From Candidatus Methylomirabilia bacterium (GTDB lineage Bacteria; Methylomirabilota; Methylomirabilia; Rokubacteriales; CSP1-6): a stretch of 30,827 nucleotides of DNA. The stretch spans positions 1 through 30,827 of the forward strand of contig JBGPIS010000001.1 in NCBI GenBank assembly GCA_041484965.1. The letters are read 5' to 3'. Below the pieces are notes generated by a model. It did not search any database and was not told the origin of the DNA. It saw only the letters and a list, made by a program, of their open reading frames with translations. A program made the position numbers and the translations under genes. Below, one piece after another: positions 25,844 to 30,827 of this stretch. Within the stretch, counting starts at the first letter, position 1. Each line of letters begins with the position of its first letter.

Positions 25844-28189
25844 ATGCTCGGCGAGATCCTCGACGATCTGCTGACCTCACCGTCGACGGGGCCGTGCATC
25901 ACGGCGATCCGTCACTTCGCCGCCCGCCCCCCCGTTCCCGCGCCCTTCCCGCCGTCACTCGATCCGCGCATCGCCGACGCGCTGCGCGCTCGGGGGATCC
26001 ACGAGCTCTACTCGCATCAGGCGCGGGCGTGGGCGCTGATCGAGAAGGGGCACAATGTCGTCGTCGTCACGCCGACGGCGTCCGGCAAGACCCTCTGCTA
26101 CAACCTGCCCGCCCTGCAGGCGCTGATCGCGCAGCCGGACGCGCGCGTCCTCTATCTCTTCCCGACGAAGGCGCTCGCCCAGGACCAGCTGGCTGAGCTG
26201 GAGGAGCTCGCGAAAGAGCTCCCCGAGATGCGGATGTTCACGTACGACGGCGACACGCCGCAGGACGCGCGCCGCGCGGTGCGGGCGCGCGCCAACCTCG
26301 TGTTGACCAACCCTGACATGCTTCACTCCGGGATCCTGCCCCACCATACAAAATGGGCGACCCTGTTTCAGAACCTCAGATACGTCGTCATCGACGAGCT
26401 GCATGCCTATCGGGGAGTCTTCGGAAGCCACCTGGCCAATGTCTTGCGCCGACTGCGGCGCATCTGCCGCCACTATGGATCGGCGCCCCAGTTCATCATG
26501 GCTTCGGCCACGATCGCCAACCCGGGCGAGCTCGCCCGGCGGCTCACCGGCGCCGAGGTCGAGGAGCTCGCGGAGAGCGGTGCCCCGACGGGCGACAAGA
26601 CGTTCGTCTGCTACAACCCGCCGGTCGTGAACCCCGAGCTCGGCATCCGGGCGCCGTACCTTGGCGAGGCCTCGAGGCTCGCGGTGCGCTTCCTCCGGGA
26701 GAAGATCGCGACGATCGTCTTCGCCCAGAGCCGCCTCGCGACGGAGGTACTGCTCGGCTCGATCAAGAACGGCGTCGCCGACAAGACCGGCGACAGCGGC
26801 ATCGTGCGCGGCTACCGCGGCGGGTACCTGCCGACCCGCCGGCGGGCGGTCGAGAAGGGGCTGCGCGAGGGCCTAGTCCTGGGCGTCGTGTCGACGAACG
26901 CGCTGGAGCTTGGCGTCGACATCGGCCACCTCGACGTGGCCCTGCTCGCAGGCTATCCGGGCGCCATCGCCTCCCTCTGGCAGCAGGCCGGGCGCGCGGG
27001 GCGCCGCTCGGGCTCCTCAGCCGCGATCTTCGTCGCGACCAGCGCACCGCTCGACCAGTTCATGGTGACGCACCCCGAGTACCTCTTCGGCACGCCGCCC
27101 GAGCACGCGCGGGTGAATCCGGACAACCCGTTCATCCTCGTGAACCATCTCAAGTGCGCCGCGTTCGAGCTGCCGATTGCCGACGACGCGAAGTTCGGCG
27201 AGGTCGACGTTCGGCGCCTCCTCGCCGCGCTCGAGGATGAGGGCGTCCTGCACCATGCGGGTTCGCGGTGGCACTGGGCCTCGGAGACCTACCCGGCCGA
27301 TCATGTCTCGCTCCGCAGCGTCACGAGCGACAACTTCCTCGTGATCGACACGACCTCGCGCGACGAGACGCAGACCAAGCGCCGGCAGATCATCGCCGAG
27401 GTGGACTGGGGAAGCGCGTTCGCGACGATCCACCCGAAGGCGATCTACCTCGTCGAGAGCGAGCCGTTCGAGGTGCGGGAGCTCCACTTCCGCGAGGACG
27501 AGGAGAAGGTCGCCTACGTCAAGCGCGTCTCCGTGGACTACTTCACCGACGCGATCAGCGCCAAGGGGGTCTGGATCCTCCAGCGGCTCGCCGACCAGGG
27601 CCACGCCGCGTACCTCGCCGAGCAGGGCGAGGTGCTCGTCGCCGAGAAGGTCGTCGGCTTCAAGAAGATCAAGATGGGGACGCTCGAGAACGTCGGCTCG
27701 GGCGAGGTGGAGCTGCCGCAGCAGGAGATGCAGACGACCGCCGCGTGGCTCACGGTCGCGCCCGAGACGCTTCCGCGCGTGAGCGCCTCGCGCGAGGAGC
27801 TGATCGACGGCCTGCGCGCCGTGACGTACCTGCTGCATCACCTCGCGCCGATCTTCCTCCTCTGCGACATCCGAGACCTCGGCTCGTGGCTCGGCGACAC
27901 GACGCCCGCCGAGCCCGGCGCCGTCGCGACGCGCGAATCGGCGAAGCGGCGGCTCATGAGCGCCGAGCGGTTCAACCCGACGATCTACCTTTACGACTCT
28001 CACGCCGGCGGCATCGGCCTCGCCGAGCGCGTCTTCGAGGTCCTGCCCGACCTCCTGAAGCAGGGCCTCGCGACGCTGGATGCCTGCGCCTGCAAGTTTG
28101 GCTGCCCGTCGTGCGTCGGCCCCGTCAACGAGGTCGGCCGCAGGGCCAAGGCGACGGCGCAGGCGCTGCTGCGCCTCCTCACCGCCTGA
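25844..28189 (+). CDS. mrfA: SF2 DEAD/DEAH helicase with C-terminal DUF1998 (MrfA/YprA-like)
   Basis: TPTASGKT, PTKALAQDQ, DELH, SAT, ELGVDIG, QQAGRAGRR. C-terminal LLCD..DACACKFGCPSCVGP cysteine cluster. Confidence 0.88.
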   Translation: MLGEILDDLLTSPSTGPCITAIRHFAARPPVPAPFPPSLDPRIADALRARGIHELYSHQARAWALIEKGHNVVVVTPTASGKTLCYNLPALQALIAQPDARVLYLFPTKALAQDQLAELEELAKELPEMRMFTYDGDTPQDARRAVRARANLVLTNPDMLHSGILPHHTKWATLFQNLRYVVIDELHAYRGVFGSHLANVLRRLRRICRHYGSAPQFIMASATIANPGELARRLTGAEVEELAESGAPTGDKTFVCYNPPVVNPELGIRAPYLGEASRLAVRFLREKIATIVFAQSRLATEVLLGSIKNGVADKTGDSGIVRGYRGGYLPTRRRAVEKGLREGLVLGVVSTNALELGVDIGHLDVALLAGYPGAIASLWQQAGRAGRRSGSSAAIFVATSAPLDQFMVTHPEYLFGTPPEHARVNPDNPFILVNHLKCAAFELPIADDAKFGEVDVRRLLAALEDEGVLHHAGSRWHWASETYPADHVSLRSVTSDNFLVIDTTSRDETQTKRRQIIAEVDWGSAFATIHPKAIYLVESEPFEVRELHFREDEEKVAYVKRVSVDYFTDAISAKGVWILQRLADQGHAAYLAEQGEVLVAEKVVGFKKIKMGTLENVGSGEVELPQQEMQTTAAWLTVAPETLPRVSASREELIDGLRAVTYLLHHLAPIFLLCDIRDLGSWLGDTTPAEPGAVATRESAKRRLMSAERFNPTIYLYDSHAGGIGLAERVFEVLPDLLKQGLATLDACACKFGCPSCVGPVNEVGRRAKATAQALLRLLTA

Positions 28190-28197
28190 GCACCGCC

Positions 28198-29394
28198 GTG
28201 CCGTCGCTCGACGACCTCCGGCGCGTGATCCGGCGCATCGAGACGCGCCGGCCGCCGTGCCACGCCGCTGCGCCCGTCCAGGAGGTCCTGGGCGGCGAGC
28301 TCCACGACACGGGCGAGGGCCAGATCCTCGTCGTGCGCCGCGAGTTCCCGCTCTCTCACTGTCACGGCCGCCAGCTGCTCGGCGCGGCGTTCGAGGCGCC
28401 GCTGGATCTCCTCGGCGCCGTCGCGCGGATGGACGCGCCCCCCACCGACGCCCGGGGCCTCCTCTTCCTCGACACGGAGACGACGGGGCTCGCGGGAGGC
28501 ACCGGGACCTACGCGTTCCTCGTCGGCGCCGGCTGGCTCGAGGACGAGCGGCTCGTGCTGGCGCAGTACTTCATGCGCGACCTCGACGAGGAGGGGGCGC
28601 TCCTCGCCGCGTTGGCGCCGCTCTTCGAGCGCGCGAGCGGCGTCGTGACCTTCAACGGCGCGGGCTTCGACCTGCCGCTGCTCGAGACGCGGTTCGTTCT
28701 GGCCCGGCGCCGCTGGCCGGCCACGCTCCCGCACCTCGACCTCCTGCGTCCGTCGCGCCGCGTGTGGACAGGGCACTTCGCCGACTGCCGGCTCGCGACG
28801 CTCGAACGCGAGGTGCTCGGCCTCGAGCGCCCTGACGACGTGCCGGGCGCCCTGATCCCGGGGCTCTACTTCGACTATCTGCGGTCGCGCCGGGCGGCGC
28901 CGCTCGTCCGCGTCTTCGAGCACAACCGCGACGACGTGCTCTCGCTGGTGGGGCTGCTCGGCTGGTTCGTCCGCGCGCTCGGCGCCCAGGCCGCGCTCGC
29001 CGCCGAGGAGCGCGCCGGACTCGGCCGCCTCTGGGAGCCCGTGGACCTCGCGCGCGCGCTCGCGTGCTACCGGGCGGCGCTGGAATCCGGGCTCGCCGGC
29101 GCGGAGGCTCACCGGGTGCGCCTGCGCCTGGCGCGGTGGGAGAAGCGCGCGGCGCGCTGGGACGCGGCGTGCGCCCTCTGGCAGGCCGCCTCGCGGCACG
29201 CGGACTTCGACCCGCAGCCCTGGGAGGAACTCGCGAAGTTCCACGAGCACCGCCGCCGCGATCTCGCCGCCGCGCGCGCGCTCGTCGGGGAGGCGCTCGC
29301 CCTCGCCGAGGCCGCCGCCGCGTCAGCGCGCGTCGTCGAGGCCCTGGCGCACCGCTGTGCGCGCCTGACGCGCCGGCTCGCGGCGCGGGGCTGA
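28198..29394 (+). CDS. mrfB: RNase H-like DEDD exonuclease with TPR-like tail (MrfB/YprB-like)
   Basis: FLDTETTGL, TFNGAGFDLPLL, HLDLL, FEHNRDDV, and an alanine-rich helical C-terminus. GTG 28198, 8 nt after the helicase stop. Confidence 0.82.
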   Translation: MPSLDDLRRVIRRIETRRPPCHAAAPVQEVLGGELHDTGEGQILVVRREFPLSHCHGRQLLGAAFEAPLDLLGAVARMDAPPTDARGLLFLDTETTGLAGGTGTYAFLVGAGWLEDERLVLAQYFMRDLDEEGALLAALAPLFERASGVVTFNGAGFDLPLLETRFVLARRRWPATLPHLDLLRPSRRVWTGHFADCRLATLEREVLGLERPDDVPGALIPGLYFDYLRSRRAAPLVRVFEHNRDDVLSLVGLLGWFVRALGAQAALAAEERAGLGRLWEPVDLARALACYRAALESGLAGAEAHRVRLRLARWEKRAARWDAACALWQAASRHADFDPQPWEELAKFHEHRRRDLAAARALVGEALALAEAAAASARVVEALAHRCARLTRRLAARG

Positions 29395-29456
29395 CGCTGG
29401 GCTGACCGGGGCGGCGCGTGGCCGTCCTGTTCCTGCGCCGGCGGGCGTGGGAAGAC

Positions 29457-29507
29457 CGGGCGCGGGTCGCGACCGACCGCTCAAGCTAGGCGAGAAGCCC
29501 GCGCCCG
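29457..29507. terminator. 10-bp inverted repeat between convergent genes
   Basis: cgggcgcggg (29457-29466) and cccgcgcccg (29498-29507), 31-nt spacer. No U-tract. Confidence 0.3.
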
Positions 29508-29518
29508 TCAGTCTCGGC

Positions 29519-30478
29519 TCACGGCACGGGCGTGAGCGGTGGCTTGCCGTCGAGCACGGCGAGGCAGTTCCTCACCGCGAGCGTGGCCATCGCCACGCGC
29601 GTGTCGCGCGAGGCGCTCGCGATGTGCGGCGCGAGCACCACGTTGGTCAGCGGCTTCAGGCCCGGGTGGATCTTCGGTTCCTCCTCGAACACGTCGAGCC
29701 CGGCGCCGGCGATCCAGCCTTCCTGGAGCGCCCGCACGAGGGCGGCCTCGTCCACGATCGGGCCGCGCGCCGCGTTCACGAGGACGGCCGTCTTCTTCAT
29801 CATGCGCAGCGTGCGCTCGTTGATGAGGTGGCGCGTCTCGGGCAGGAGCGGTGTGTGGAGGCTCACGAAGTCGGCCTCACGGAGGATCGTCTCCGGCTCC
29901 GCGTAGGTCGCGCGAAGTTCGCGCTCGACGGCGGCGGCCGGCCGGACCGCATCGTGGTAGAGCACGCGCATGTCGAAGCCCGAGGCGCGGCGGGCGACGG
30001 CGCGCCCGATCCGCCCGAAGCCGAGGATACCGAGCGTCTTGCCGTGGACGTCCGCCCCCCAAAAAAGATCCCACTGCCAACGCTGCCACTGCCCCGACCG
30101 GGCGAAGTGATCGGCCTCAACGACCCGCCGCGCGGCCGCCATCAGCAACGCCCACGCGAAGTCGGCCGTCGTCTCGGTCAACACCTCGGGCGTGTTGGTC
30201 GCGATGACGCCGCGCCGCCGGCACGCCGCCACGTCGATGCGGTAGTAGCCGACCGCGACGTTCGCTACGACCTTGAGCGCGCGCGCCGCTCCGAGGACCG
30301 CGTCGTCGATCGTACTCATGATGTGGCAGATCAGGCCGTCCTTGCCGCGGAGCCTCGCTAGGAACTCGGCCCTTGAAAGGGGGGTGTCGCTGCCGTTGTA
30401 GTCGACCGTGATGTCCTTCGGGATGAGGTCGAGGGCTTCCTTTGGTAAAACATTTGAAGCTAAAACACTTTTTGGCAT
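29519..30478 (-). CDS. D-isomer-specific 2-hydroxyacid dehydrogenase (glyoxylate/hydroxypyruvate reductase-like)
   Basis: TNTP.VLTETTAD, GKTLGILGFGRIG, NAARGPIVDE, GLDVFEEEP, APHIAS (catalytic R/E/H present). Confidence 0.92.
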   Translation of the reverse strand: MPKSVLASNVLPKEALDLIPKDITVDYNGSDTPLSRAEFLARLRGKDGLICHIMSTIDDAVLGAARALKVVANVAVGYYRIDVAACRRRGVIATNTPEVLTETTADFAWALLMAAARRVVEADHFARSGQWQRWQWDLFWGADVHGKTLGILGFGRIGRAVARRASGFDMRVLYHDAVRPAAAVERELRATYAEPETILREADFVSLHTPLLPETRHLINERTLRMMKKTAVLVNAARGPIVDEAALVRALQEGWIAGAGLDVFEEEPKIHPGLKPLTNVVLAPHIASASRDTRVAMATLAVRNCLAVLDGKPPLTPVP

Positions 30479-30501
30479 TCTCGGCCTCCCGAAGTTTTCA
30501 C

Positions 30502-30530
30502 TTGATCCGGTGCTTGAGTTCGGCTATGTT
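30502..30530 (+). promoter_or_regulatory. sigma70 promoter of groES
   Basis: TTGATC (30502-30507), 17-nt spacer, TATGTT (30525-30530). Confidence 0.7.
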
Positions 30531-30555
30531 AGCACTCGACCTGATGGAGTGCTAA
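30529..30555. promoter_or_regulatory. CIRCE element (HrcA operator)
   Basis: Perfect TTAGCACTC-N9-GAGTGCTAA upstream of groES, overlapping the -10 box. Confidence 0.97.
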
Positions 30556-30584
30556 CAAGCTACTAAGTACACAACAAGGCCGCA

Positions 30585-30638
30585 ATGGCCAAGCCGACCG
30601 CCAAGAAGCCCGGTTCCGGCTCAACACAACATGCATGA
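30585..30638 (+). CDS. Putative 17-aa leader peptide (uORF) upstream of groES
   Basis: AAGG at 30576-30579, ATG 30585, [17 protein letters not shown]. The TGA abuts the groES SD. Confidence 0.3.
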   Translation: MAKPTAKKPGSGSTQHA

Positions 30639-30654
30639 AGGAGGCAGAAGAGCC

Positions 30655-30827
30655 ATGAAGATTCGTCCGTTGCACGATCGCCTGCTGGTGGAGCGGCTCG
30701 AGGAGAAAGAGGTCAAGAAGGGCGGGATCATCATTCCCGACACGGCCAAGGAGAAGCCCCAAGAGGCCAAGGTGATCGCCGTCGGCAACGGCAAGGTCAC
30801 CGACGAGGGCAAGAAGATCCCGCTCGA
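30655..30827 (+). CDS. groES: Co-chaperonin GroES (3' end beyond the window)
   Basis: AAGGAGG SD, then [47 protein letters not shown]. Confidence 0.98.
   Translation, partial: MKIRPLHDRLLVERLEEKEVKKGGIIIPDTAKEKPQEAKVIAVGNGKVTDEGKKIPL

Noticed and set aside
25844-29394. DUF1998 helicase as part of a DISARM, Druantia or Dpd defence system
   Set aside because: No methyltransferase, PLD nuclease, SNF2 helicase or other partner genes are adjacent. A fused helicase-DUF1998 followed by a YprB-type exonuclease is the housekeeping MrfAB layout.
29418-29489. Small ORF VAVLFLRRRAWEDRARVATDRSS resembling a membrane-protein C-terminus
   Set aside because: Only 23 codons, an in-frame stop just upstream, no SD or -10, and no recognisable family. 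It may be a gene remnant but this cannot be supported.

Overview
A very GC-rich (roughly 70% by eye) bacterial core-genome segment with no integrase, transposase, CRISPR array or defence island. Gene content and style suggest Candidatus Rokubacteria / Methylomirabilota (inference only). Order: Tat-exported family-5 ABC substrate-binding protein (partial), ilvE-like aminotransferase, YqgE/AlgH protein, lone CoxL/xanthine-dehydrogenase-type Mo subunit, CinA/PncC. Then a minus-strand macromolecular-synthesis cluster (bS21-like mini-ORF, mutS2, dnaG, rpoD, tRNA-Ile(CAT), C4 zinc-ribbon protein, rnhA, rnpB), an ion antiporter, and a second minus-strand cluster (dciA, TPR lipoprotein, LolB-like lipoprotein, ispE, tRNA-Gln(TTG), prs, rplY, pth). 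Then rlmD, two ABC permeases, vanZ, an ArsC/thioredoxin-fold gene, an mrfA/mrfB-like helicase-exonuclease pair, a 2-hydroxyacid dehydrogenase and CIRCE-controlled groES (partial). The most interesting signals are missed or split by the ORF track: (1) a UxxC selenoprotein candidate at 25456-25803 with in-frame TGA and a correctly spaced SECIS-like hairpin, sharing a 20-bp bidirectional leaderless promoter with vanZ and lying directly upstream of mrfAB; (2) a 23-codon ORF at the rpsU position encoding only the C-terminal basic helix of bS21; (3) a single in-frame TAG in an otherwise intact rlmD; (4) a 17-codon uORF between CIRCE and groES. Short patches of atypical codon usage mean assembly or consensus artefacts must be excluded for (2) and (3). 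All assignments come from motif recognition by eye; no database searches were run.
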